Source of the DNA: Nitrospirota bacterium
GTDB taxonomy: Bacteria > Nitrospirota > UBA9217
Reading direction: 5' to 3'
NCBI GenBank assembly: GCA_963751455.1
Contig: CAVVUN010000015.1
Coordinates: forward strand, 1,184,001-1,248,000
Length of the DNA stretch: 64,000 nucleotides
A program made the translations under genes and the position numbers. The notes under the pieces are model-generated. The model was not told where the DNA came from and searched no databases. It worked only from the letters and a program-made list of their open reading frames with translations. Positions 1 to 8,652 of this stretch are shown in pieces (within the stretch, counting starts at the first letter, position 1; each line of letters starts with the position of its first letter).

Positions 1-1009
1 GCGGTCCAAGATTCAGATGGTATTGGCGTCTGCGGAGCGGGGCGCCCAGCTCACGAGGAACCTGTTGACCTTCAGCCGGAAGCAGGTGGTGAGAATGCAG
101 GCGCAGAACCTCAACGAGATCATCCTGAGCGTCGAGCCCCTTATCTCACGTCTTATCCGGGAGGACATCCGATTTTCCGTGGACCTGGCCGCCGACAGGC
201 TGCTATGCATGGCGGACAGCACACAGATAGAGCAGGCGCTTATGAATCTTGCAGCGAATGCGAGAGATGCCATGGCGGGCGGGGGGAAATTTACGATCAC
301 TTCAGGCCGTGTGATCATGGACGGGCAGTTCAGGAGGGAGCGCGGGTTCGGGCGGGAAGGAGAATATGCGGTTATTCGAGTAGAGGATACGGGCATCGGA
401 ATGGACGAAAAAACCCGGCAGCGTATCTTCGAGCCGTTCTTTACGACCAAGGATGTTGGCAAGGGGACCGGGCTGGGGCTCGCAACGGTTTTCGGGATCG
501 TTAAGCAGCACAACGGGTATATAGAAACGAAGAGCGAGGTCGGCAAGGGGACTGTTTTTATTATTTATCTTCCATTGATTGCGGCTAGCGCAGAGAGGGC
601 CGGGGCGGCGCCGGAACAGCGTCTCAGGGGTTCGGAAACTGTTCTCGTGGCTGAAGACGAGGGGTCTGTCCGGGCCATTATTACGCAAATACTGGCGAAG
701 TCAGGATACCGGGTCATCGAAGCGCATGACGGTGAGGACGCGGAGGTCAAGTTCCATGCTCACCGCGACGAGATTGATCTTCTGATCTTCGATGTGATCA
801 TGCCGGGAAAGAACGGCAAGCAGGCATACGACAGCATCAAAAAAATCCGGCCGGACCTGAAGTGCCTGTTCCTGAGCGGTTACACAGCTGATGTCATCAG
901 TAATTCCGGAATTTCTGAAAAGGAAGGCGCCTTTCTCCAGAAGCCTGTGCCGCCCCATATCCTGCTGACAAAGGTTCGTGAGATCCTTGGGGCTTCGCTG
1001 ATACAATGA
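1..1009 (+). CDS. Hybrid sensor histidine kinase/response regulator, C-terminal part (5' end outside window)
   Basis: HATPase motifs (NLAANARDAM, DTGIGM, EPFFTTK, GTGLGLA) followed by a receiver domain (VAEDE, FDVIMP, FLQKP). The frame is open upstream of ATG 17. Confidence 0.9.
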   Translation, partial: RSKIQMVLASAERGAQLTRNLLTFSRKQVVRMQAQNLNEIILSVEPLISRLIREDIRFSVDLAADRLLCMADSTQIEQALMNLAANARDAMAGGGKFTITSGRVIMDGQFRRERGFGREGEYAVIRVEDTGIGMDEKTRQRIFEPFFTTKDVGKGTGLGLATVFGIVKQHNGYIETKSEVGKGTVFIIYLPLIAASAERAGAAPEQRLRGSETVLVAEDEGSVRAIITQILAKSGYRVIEAHDGEDAEVKFHAHRDEIDLLIFDVIMPGKNGKQAYDSIKKIRPDLKCLFLSGYTADVISNSGISEKEGAFLQKPVPPHILLTKVREILGASLIQ

Positions 1010-1210
1010 GGATACCTGAGTATCCCGGAATTTCGGACAAGATATTTTCCGAGCCCATCTCAAGGACAACCAAGCATTTCAGGTCTATACTGTTTTAATT
1101 TCCTTATTGCTTCCTCCACATAATTAGTGCGTCTTCCTTCAGTCGACGAATATCCCACGGTTACCTGTGTTCTCAATCTGTCTTCATGGTATTCGCCGGT
1201 CCAACCGCTT

Positions 1211-1226
1211 TGTGATTAAAATCACT
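1211..1226. promoter_or_regulatory. Possible CRP/FNR-family binding site
   Basis: TGTGA-ttaaaa-TCACT, a 9/10 match to TGTGA-N6-TCACA in an intergenic region. Confidence 0.35.
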
Positions 1227-1275
1227 TAATGTTCGCCGCTTTTGTGCTTTACTTGTACTGATCATAAACAATTAT

Positions 1276-1439
1276 CCTGAAAAAAGCAGTTGGACACGGA
1301 TAAAATCTGATCAACACGGATTTATAGGAAGTTACGAACAGTAATGGATTCACCCAAAAGGCGAGATGGCTTTTTGCTCTATCACATTGTTTTGATCCGC
1401 TGTTTCCGTGTTCATCCGTGTTCAAATGCCGTTTTTAGG
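1276..1439 (-). mobile_element. 164-bp MITE, copy 1
   Basis: Reverse complement of 41725-41888 and 42567-42730. Ends CCTGAAAA/TTTTTAGG, flanked by the 5-bp direct repeat ATTAT. Confidence 0.85.
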
Positions 1440-1680
1440 ATTATCCTCAATGCCCATCCTATTAAAACATCGCATTGGCAAGCAATCTGTATCCGGGAGA
1501 GAAAGGGGGTAACACACGATCGGAAACACAAGGGGTGGAATGCTCGCCACACTGTTCCCGAAGGCTACTTTTTATTAACCAGAGACGGTTATGAAACCAC
1601 CTGCCGATTTGGGCGCCAAGGTTGGTGGTGGAGCCAGTGGCGCAACCAGCCGACTTACTTTCAAGCAGTAAGGAGGCCCC

Positions 1681-1989
1681 ATGAAGCATCTGTTGCAGTT
1701 GGTCCTTTCGATCGCCGTTATGGCAGTTGTTGCTTCGAATTCAGCATTCGGTATTGCCTATGGCCAGGAGGAAAAAATCCTGAATCCATGGGAACGGAAC
1801 GAACAGACGACATCCGCGAAAAAGGGGGACAAAGCCTCGAAGAAAGCCAAAAAAACGAACAAGGAAAAAGTCAAAAAGGCTAATAACAAAAATGTCAAAC
1901 AGGCGAACAGGCAAAAAGCCGGGAAGGCGGACATCGCCAAGGTCGAGCATAAGGAAACCGGGCAAAAGAAAAAATATCTGTTCTGGTAA
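1681..1989 (+). CDS. Secreted lysine-rich hypothetical protein
   Basis: AGGAGG RBS, signal-peptide-like N-terminus, K/A-rich tail. Confidence 0.7.
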   Translation: MKHLLQLVLSIAVMAVVASNSAFGIAYGQEEKILNPWERNEQTTSAKKGDKASKKAKKTNKEKVKKANNKNVKQANRQKAGKADIAKVEHKETGQKKKYLFW

Positions 1990-2163
1990 CAACGCTGCAG
2001 AAAACAATCTGGAAGTCAACATTGGTTTGAATTTGCACATTCCAGAACATGCAGAAAATACAAAAAAGCCGGCAAAGGCCTCGTTTCTCACTTTGCCGGC
2101 TTTTGACTGCCGGGGTCTTCTCTTGCAAGCGCCGGCAGAACAACGGGTTGAGGTTCTAGTCAA

Positions 2164-2487
2164 ATGAGAAAGGATATGGACATGAAGACGTGGGTGAATG
2201 TATTGCTTGGTATCTGGCTCATCATGACCGGCATGGTGAGCCTGGGCGGCATACGGTTCTCGGGGAGCGGCATTATCCTCGCGGTTATTGCGGTTTTGAC
2301 AGGCATCCTGTTCCTGCTGGTTGACCGCTCCGAAAAGCTCTGGCCGAGGATGGGGAATGTTCTCCTGGGTGTGTGGCTGCTGGCCACAGGACTGGCGCCG
2401 CTCCTGCACATCGGCTTTTCAGGCAGCGGCGTTGTGCTTTCTGTTATAGCGATCGCTGCGGGCGCGCTGCTGCTGATACGACGCTGA
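2164..2487 (+). CDS. Small 4-TM membrane protein with an internal duplication (SPW-repeat-like)
   Basis: Two copies of NVLLG.WL..G.....I.FSGSG. Confidence 0.75.
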   Translation: MRKDMDMKTWVNVLLGIWLIMTGMVSLGGIRFSGSGIILAVIAVLTGILFLLVDRSEKLWPRMGNVLLGVWLLATGLAPLLHIGFSGSGVVLSVIAIAAGALLLIRR

Positions 2488-2488
2488 T

Positions 2489-3037
2489 TTATGCCGGGGT
2501 GCCGGTCTGTGCCGCTATTTCTATCTTCTCCCTGATGCTCATAAGCCAGGTATGAACACCCGCCCTCATCGACGCAATGATTTCATCGGCCTTCCTTGCT
2601 TTACGGGCCTGGTAATAGTCAAACCCGTAGAACGTGCGGAGCACCTGACGAAATACCTGAAAAGGGTAAGAATCGGGGCGTTCCGATTGCGGCTCGAGCA
2701 CTTCATCGGGAAGAAGGAAGTCCTCTTCATGCAGAAGGCGGGTTCCGGCTGCTGTCGGCTTGACGGAGAGCGTAACACGGAAACTTCCATCGACAGCTCT
2801 GCTCATGATTCGGTTCCCTTTGACAACCTCAACAACATCGCACTTGAAACGCTTCCCGTTTGCCTGAAGGAAAAAACGAAAGCATGCTCCTGCGGCTGCG
2901 TTCGGGCTGCTCAACTGCTCGCAGCCTATAAACGTGCACGATGGATTCAAACGCATACGCGTTTCGGCATCTCTTATCGCGGCAAAAACCTTTTCAGGCG
3001 GGCTGTCGATCTCGATGGATTCGGCAATATGATGCAT
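2489..3037 (-). CDS. SRPBCC family protein
   Basis: N-terminal ESIEIDSPPEKVF motif typical of SRPBCC proteins. Confidence 0.65.
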   Translation of the reverse strand: MHHIAESIEIDSPPEKVFAAIRDAETRMRLNPSCTFIGCEQLSSPNAAAGACFRFFLQANGKRFKCDVVEVVKGNRIMSRAVDGSFRVTLSVKPTAAGTRLLHEEDFLLPDEVLEPQSERPDSYPFQVFRQVLRTFYGFDYYQARKARKADEIIASMRAGVHTWLMSIREKIEIAAQTGTPA

Positions 3038-3168
3038 ATATCCAGTGTATCACCATGCGGCGTTTGATAAGTCGGATTGGAATAAACAATGCAAAAGCAA
3101 TCAATCGAATGGTGAAATCAGCAGCTAATCGCAGATAATGAAATTTAGTAACTACTCAGGTCATTTTT

Positions 3169-3257
3169 TTATCCGCAGATTACGCAGATTTCGCAGATAA
3201 AAACAAAACCAGAATTCCGGTTTTAGAATCTGCGTCAATCTGCGAAATCTGCGGATA
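3169..3257. repeat. REP-like palindromic element, family A (also 25402-25485, 35177-35301, 42488-42832, partial 19577-19600)
   Basis: ATCCGCAGATTACGCAGATT ... AATCTGCG(N)AATCTGCGGAT inverted arms recurring in intergenic regions. Confidence 0.8.
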
Positions 3258-3520
3258 GAAGGGCTTTTTCTTAGATTTGTCTTAATGCTGTTCTGAAAAG
3301 AAGCTGAATAGTTACGAAATTTATCGCATTTTGAAAAATGCGACACGGAGGCGGAAAGGCAACGTGGAATGAACAGACTGATACATGGCTGATACTTATG
3401 GCGTCTTGAACTTTTAGTCCTTTTTTGCAAAAAATGAAGTAGCGGAAGCGATAGGAATATCACCGGGGACGACCTGGCTGAGCTGAAAAAAGCGCTTATG
3501 GACCTGGAAAGCAGGACCGG

Positions 3521-4006
3521 CTATGGCCGTTGAGCTGATTTATGAAGATACCGAAACAACGCCCGGGACGGGGCGGGTGAAGGGTTCGTTTTTATCTGTT
3601 CATCCCTGGCCTTTGTGACGAGGTCCGTTAATTGCTCCTTTACAACAGCCGGCAGCGTACTTACTATCTCTTCGATTACTGTATCGTTTCCAGACAGCAG
3701 GTCATCCCTCCAGCGTTCCAATTGCTTATGCAGCGCAGCCTGCGTGCGATCTCCCTCTTCCAGGTTTTGTACGGCTTCCTGAATCGGTCCTGCATCGGTT
3801 TTCCGCATCAACACGCCGATATACTGCATCTGCCTGTTGAGAGCCCCATGCTTGCTGATCGATTTTGCCTGAATAACCGCGCTTAAAACCTTTTCCGGAA
3901 GCTGGATTTTCCTGAGTTGCGCCTCGGATAATTTCACCAGTTTTTCTCCCAGAGCCTGGACGGATAAGGCCTGCATTTTCTTTTGGGTCTTGCTGATATT
4001 CTCCAT
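3521..4006 (-). CDS. darP: Ribosome biogenesis factor DarP/YjgA (DUF615)
   Basis: SKTQKK..ALQ.LGE.L, RQMQYIG.LMR, LERWRD.LL, R.LFRYL. Start set to ATG 4006. Confidence 0.88.
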   Translation of the reverse strand: MENISKTQKKMQALSVQALGEKLVKLSEAQLRKIQLPEKVLSAVIQAKSISKHGALNRQMQYIGVLMRKTDAGPIQEAVQNLEEGDRTQAALHKQLERWRDDLLSGNDTVIEEIVSTLPAVVKEQLTDLVTKARDEQIKTNPSPAPSRALFRYLHKSAQRP

Positions 4007-4070
4007 AGTAACCTCGCGGAAGTATACCACGAAAGCATGCGCGATGTCTTTCTTTTGGAGATGAACGGGA

Positions 4071-4100
4071 AATAAAAAGACCGGCAAGAAATCTTGCCGG
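4071..4100 (-). terminator. Intrinsic terminator
   Basis: CCGGCAAG-loop-CTTGCCGG hairpin followed by TCTTTTTATT on the minus strand. Confidence 0.7.
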
Positions 4101-4377
4101 CCGGGACATGATAGTTAAAATTGAGGGGCGTTGCTCACCCGTATATTACTTGTCGTTAATCTCCGAATGTCCGGCGAATTCTACGATTTGCGCGTTTACC
4201 GATCTGCTTTCGCAAACCCGTTACACGTTTCGTTTTCTTCACCATGCCATCCTGCGACCAAAGCTATGCTTTCGCGTCGGGTCTTTTGCAATCTGGGGAC
4301 TGCAGGGACCTTTGGCTTACGGTCCTCAACGAGAATAATATAAGTTACACATTCAAGTGCTGGTAGGGCAGCGCCTG
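4073..4377 (-). ncRNA. Candidate structured RNA containing a 29-codon basic ORF (4156-4245)
   Basis: Extended -10 TGcTATACT (4383-4391), long closing stem between 4142-4159 and 4326-4342, several internal hairpins, downstream terminator. Confidence 0.45.
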
Positions 4378-4622
4378 GTTCCAGTATAGCACAAATAAGA
4401 TTTATTTGGTCCTGAATCCAACATGCCCCTTTTGAGCTAAGAAAAGCCTTGTTGCTTCATAATTAAATGTTACCGGACGATAGTAAGTTGGTGTGGGGCT
4501 CGGTTTTACGTTTTGAAGATCTTTTTAAGCTTAACGGGCATGCCGGAGAATATCTCTTGCCCCGCCGGGTGATTTGCGGTAATCTTCGTACTCCCGGAAC
4601 GGAATCCCGTTCCGATAACACA

Positions 4623-5168
4623 ATGGCGCTGAAAGCAACCATATTCAAAGCGGAGCTCCAGATCTCCGACATGGGCCGCGGCTACTACGCGGATCACAGT
4701 CTCACGATTGCCCGCCATCCGTCCGAGACGGACGAGCGCATGATGGTGCGCCTTCTGGCTTTTGCCCTGCATGCCGATGAGGCGCTTGTCTTTGGCGATA
4801 GTATAGGAAACGATGAAGAGCCGTCGCTATGGCAGAAGGATTTGACCGGCTCAATCGGGCTCTGGATTGACGTGGGCCAGCCGGACGAAAAACGCATACG
4901 CAGGGCATGCGGCCGCGCGGCAGAGGTCTGTATTTACAGCTACGGCGGCCACGGCGCGGACGTGTGGCTGAACCAGGTCAGGAACAATCTGGAGCGCTCC
5001 CGCAACCTGACGCTGATAAACCTTCCCGCGGACGCCCCTCCGGCCCTTGCCAGACTGGCGCAGCGCAGCATGAAGCTGCAATTCACAATCCAGGACGGCC
5101 AGGTGTGGGTCACCGATGACCGGGAAACGGTGCACCTGGAACCGGCAATCCAGCGATTTTCCGGGTGA
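4623..5168 (+). CDS. yaeQ: YaeQ family protein
   Basis: MALKATIFKA..., ARHPSETDERMMVRLLAF, WIDVGQPDEKR. Start at ATG 4623. Confidence 0.92.
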   Translation: MALKATIFKAELQISDMGRGYYADHSLTIARHPSETDERMMVRLLAFALHADEALVFGDSIGNDEEPSLWQKDLTGSIGLWIDVGQPDEKRIRRACGRAAEVCIYSYGGHGADVWLNQVRNNLERSRNLTLINLPADAPPALARLAQRSMKLQFTIQDGQVWVTDDRETVHLEPAIQRFSG

Positions 5169-5190
5169 GACTACCGTCAGTGTGCCGGGG

Positions 5191-6279
5191 CTAAAGCCCG
5201 GTGAACCTAAAAGAGTCGGCGAGTGCCTTGTTCATGATCCTGCCGTTAAAGGTGTTGAGTGCGCTCCTGATGACCGGGTCTTCATGGACCGCTTTTTCAA
5301 TTCCTTGATCAGCTATGGTCTTAATATACGGCAGCGTGGCATTTGTCAAGGCGAGCGTAGACGTCCTCGGATAGGCGCCCGGCATGTTGGCCACGCAGTA
5401 GTGAACGATGCCGTCGACTGAATACACCGGATCGTCATGGGTTGTCGGACGGGCAGTCTCCACACACCCGCCCTGGTCGATTGAAACATCCACAATGACC
5501 GATCCTTTCTTCATGATCCCGAGCATTGCTTTCGTTATGAGAAGGGGCGTTCTTCCTCCGGGTACCAGCACTGCCCCAATGATCATATCCGCATCCTGAA
5601 TCTCTTCTTCAACGGCATGCGCGCTCAATGGCATCGTCGTCGCCCGGCCGTCAAAGAGTTCGTCGATTCGCTGAAGCCCGATAAGATCCTTGCTGATTAC
5701 GACCGTTTCCATGCCGAGACCGATCGCAACGCGGGCTGCGTTTGTTCCCACAACACCGGATCCGAGGACAACCGTCTTTCCGGGTCTTACCCCGCTTACC
5801 CCCGTAGGCAGGATGCCGGACCCGCCCTTGAACTTCTGAAGGTAGAAGGAAGCCATCAGCGGGGCCATCCGGCCCGCAATCTCGCTCATGGGAGCCAGGA
5901 GCGGAAGCCTGTTGTCCAGTTCCAGAGTCTCGTACGCCAGACCGGTCACTTTTTTTTCAAGAAGCATTTTCGTGAGAGTTGGATTCGGGGCCAGGTGGAG
6001 GTAGGTAAAAAGCGCCCCGCCTTCGCGAATCAACTGAAACTCGGACTGCACGGGCTCCTTTACTTTCACGATAAGGTCGGATTTGCTAAAGACGTCATCC
6101 GTGGTGGTAACATGCGCCCCTGACGTTGCATATTCGTGATCCGTGAAACCGCTTCCTTCTCCCGCGCCGGTTTCGACGAGAACCTCGCTCCGGCCCTGCA
6201 CCAGCTCACGCACTCCGGGGGGAGTCATGCCGACACGGAACTCCTCCGTCTTGATTTCCTTTGGTACGCCGATTATCAT
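5191..6279 (-). CDS. ald: Alanine dehydrogenase
   Basis: [38 protein letters not shown]. Confidence 0.95.
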   Translation of the reverse strand: MIIGVPKEIKTEEFRVGMTPPGVRELVQGRSEVLVETGAGEGSGFTDHEYATSGAHVTTTDDVFSKSDLIVKVKEPVQSEFQLIREGGALFTYLHLAPNPTLTKMLLEKKVTGLAYETLELDNRLPLLAPMSEIAGRMAPLMASFYLQKFKGGSGILPTGVSGVRPGKTVVLGSGVVGTNAARVAIGLGMETVVISKDLIGLQRIDELFDGRATTMPLSAHAVEEEIQDADMIIGAVLVPGGRTPLLITKAMLGIMKKGSVIVDVSIDQGGCVETARPTTHDDPVYSVDGIVHYCVANMPGAYPRTSTLALTNATLPYIKTIADQGIEKAVHEDPVIRSALNTFNGRIMNKALADSFRFTGL

Positions 6280-6487
6280 ATTGTCCTTTCATCAGGTACA
6301 GGTTATTGCAAAAATCCTGGTAACCCACCGGTCCCCGACTAAAATGTAGCATGTCCGCTGGCCCATTTCAATCCCGCGACTATGAATCCACCGGCTCCCG
6401 CCGGGGGAGATATGCGTCGTTACCCGCGGGAGGTCGCGTTGTTCTGGGGAGCCTCCGTCTCCTGCCGGAGGGGCTCCACTGCGGCTC

Positions 6488-6516
6488 TTGACTAAGACAA
6501 CGGTTTTCGGTAGTAT
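6488..6516 (+). promoter_or_regulatory. Sigma70-type promoter
   Basis: TTGACT-17bp-TAGTAT upstream of the gene at 6564. Confidence 0.55.
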
Positions 6517-6563
6517 ATGCGCTCAAAAAACAGAACTGAAGGGACTGCATAGAGGAGGTTTTC

Positions 6564-7103
6564 ATGGCAGAAGAAAAAAAAGAACCCTGGCTCAGCTATC
6601 TCGCGCTTACAACCGTGATCTTCGCTGTATGCGCGACACTTTCGACGCTGAAGGGCGGCGCGTACGGGTCGCGGGCCATCCTGTCCCAGGCACAGGCATC
6701 GGACTTGTGGGCCTATTACCAGGCAAAGAGCATCAAGGGATACGTTTACGAGCTTCAAAAAGAGAAGTTCGATATGGATTTCAAAACTATGAAATCCGGG
6801 GTGCCGCACGCCCTCGCGGCTGACTATAAGAACAAAATAGACGGTTATGCGGAAAAAATAAAGAAGTACGATGCGGAGAAGGATGAGATCAAGAAGAAGG
6901 CAGAGGAACTCGAAGAAAGGCGCGACGATGCCCAGAAGCATTCAGGCCCGTTCGGCCTTGCGGCCATGTTCCTGCAGATAGCGATCCTGCTCTCATCCAT
7001 CGCGGCCCTTATGAAACAGAAATATTTCTGGTTTCTCGGAATGGGGCTCGGCTGTGTCGGACTGTTGTATTTCTTTAACGGGTTCTTTCTTTTCATGGGA
7101 TAG
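6564..7103 (+). CDS. DUF4337 family membrane protein
   Basis: ASDLWAYYQAKSIK and LQIAILLSSI motifs, GGAGG RBS. Confidence 0.82.
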   Translation: MAEEKKEPWLSYLALTTVIFAVCATLSTLKGGAYGSRAILSQAQASDLWAYYQAKSIKGYVYELQKEKFDMDFKTMKSGVPHALAADYKNKIDGYAEKIKKYDAEKDEIKKKAEELEERRDDAQKHSGPFGLAAMFLQIAILLSSIAALMKQKYFWFLGMGLGCVGLLYFFNGFFLFMG

Positions 7104-7142
7104 CAGCAAGGAGGGAAAAAGCAGAAAGGAGAGTCCGGTAAT

Positions 7143-7242
7143 TGTCATTCCGGACCCTTTGTTCTATGAAACCCATTGCGAAAGGCACTTCGCTCAGGGT
7201 GAAGGACCTCCGGCAAGACCCTTCGTTTTGCTCAGGGTGACT
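7143..7242. repeat. REP-like element, family D (GTCATTCC/GTCACCC ... GAATGAC; also ~18964-19086, 41562-41640, 45562-45592, 63900-63985)
   Basis: Recurring GTCATTCCG/GGAATGAC palindromic ends in intergenic regions. Confidence 0.6.
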
Positions 7243-7265
7243 GGTTCTCAATTCTTGAGAAACAG

Positions 7266-8573
7266 TCATTTTTTAAATTCTATGGAATTGCCTTTTTCCA
7301 GGTTATTGGAGCTTCTACGCACCACAGCGGTCGATGTGTGCTCCTTCACCAGGAAAACCTGTGTTTCCGCAATCAGGGGCCTGGGAAATGCCCGCTTTTC
7401 GGGTTTGCCGTACACTAGGAACTTGTCTCCCGGCTCAACACCCTCTGCCCTGCCCTTGTCGAGATATACGACGTCCGTGGTCGCATTCAAAGTCCGGGTG
7501 TCGACCACTTCAAGAATATAGCCTGAAATGTCCTTGGTTTTCTGCTGCAGCTGGTTGTCATAAATGAGGCTCGGCTCCTGGTAGGGCGTCAGCATGCTGC
7601 CGATTCCGATGCCGTCGAAGGAGAGTGTAATCCTGCCGGTATAGACAAGGGGAGCCGGCTTGGCTTTGACATCGGATTTGGACTTAGACTTGGTTTTTGG
7701 TTTTGTCGGCGCGTCGGTCAGTTCGACAATTCCGAGCACCTTTATCAGTTTCCCGTAAGTTTTGCCGGTAACGGGATGCTTTACTTTGCCGAGCGGTGTA
7801 AAGATCAGAAACTTTTCTCCAGGGACAGCGCCTTTCCGCGAGGGAAGAGCGATGAAGGCTATATCATCATAGCTCATATATGTCTTCTCTTCTTTTGACC
7901 CGATGATCCTGTCCTTGGTTTCATCCTGGTTGATGAATCCCGCATTCAACATGGCATACTTGTCCATGAGCGGAACAGGCACTTCTTCGGGCAGAATCAA
8001 TTTACCCGTGGCCTCCTCGGCGGGCTTGGCCTCCGCCTTCTCTTCGGGCTTGACTTCGGCCGGTTTTTCCGCCGGCAGTTCTTTTAATTCCTGATCAACG
8101 GCCGGCTCCTGCATTGCCCGTTCAACAGGTGCAAGACTTGGCATGGCGAGTTCGGTGCCGGGGTAAATAAGGTCAGGGTTGACTATAGACGGGTTAGCTT
8201 TCCATATGAAGGGCCAAAGGAAAGGGTCCTTCAGAAAGGTATTTGAAATGTCCCAGAGAGTGTCGCCTTGTTTAACGATGTAGTTGCCCTTCCCAGCAGG
8301 CGATGCCTGAGCAGCGGAAGGCTCGGCTGCGCCGCCTTCAGCAGGAACGATGGCCTGCGCCGGTTGTTGCGGTTGACCCTCAGGAATTGACAGCTGTCCC
8401 GGGACCGGCGCGGTTTCCCCCGGCTTCTGGGGAGCCTTTTCAGGTGCCGGTTTTTCCTGCTGGGTGACAACCGGTTCTTGCTTTTGATCCTGTGACAGGA
8501 CTGCGGAGGGTGCTACGGTAAGGAGAAGAGTCATGATGGCGGTGCTGATGAGCGTAACTGACCGCTTGGTCAT
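7266..8573 (-). CDS. Secreted LysM peptidoglycan-binding protein (TsaP-like architecture)
   Basis: Signal peptide, YIVKQGDTLWDIS...WP.IW.ANP.I.NPDLIYPG, C-terminal VYLDKG..GV.PGD. Confidence 0.85.
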   Translation of the reverse strand: MTKRSVTLISTAIMTLLLTVAPSAVLSQDQKQEPVVTQQEKPAPEKAPQKPGETAPVPGQLSIPEGQPQQPAQAIVPAEGGAAEPSAAQASPAGKGNYIVKQGDTLWDISNTFLKDPFLWPFIWKANPSIVNPDLIYPGTELAMPSLAPVERAMQEPAVDQELKELPAEKPAEVKPEEKAEAKPAEEATGKLILPEEVPVPLMDKYAMLNAGFINQDETKDRIIGSKEEKTYMSYDDIAFIALPSRKGAVPGEKFLIFTPLGKVKHPVTGKTYGKLIKVLGIVELTDAPTKPKTKSKSKSDVKAKPAPLVYTGRITLSFDGIGIGSMLTPYQEPSLIYDNQLQQKTKDISGYILEVVDTRTLNATTDVVYLDKGRAEGVEPGDKFLVYGKPEKRAFPRPLIAETQVFLVKEHTSTAVVRRSSNNLEKGNSIEFKK

Positions 8574-8652
8574 TCGAGCCTCCTGAATTTTTTCTAAGAT
8601 AACCGAGAAACCTCTTGTTTGTCAAGAGACTTTTTGGTATTCTGGCCGTATC

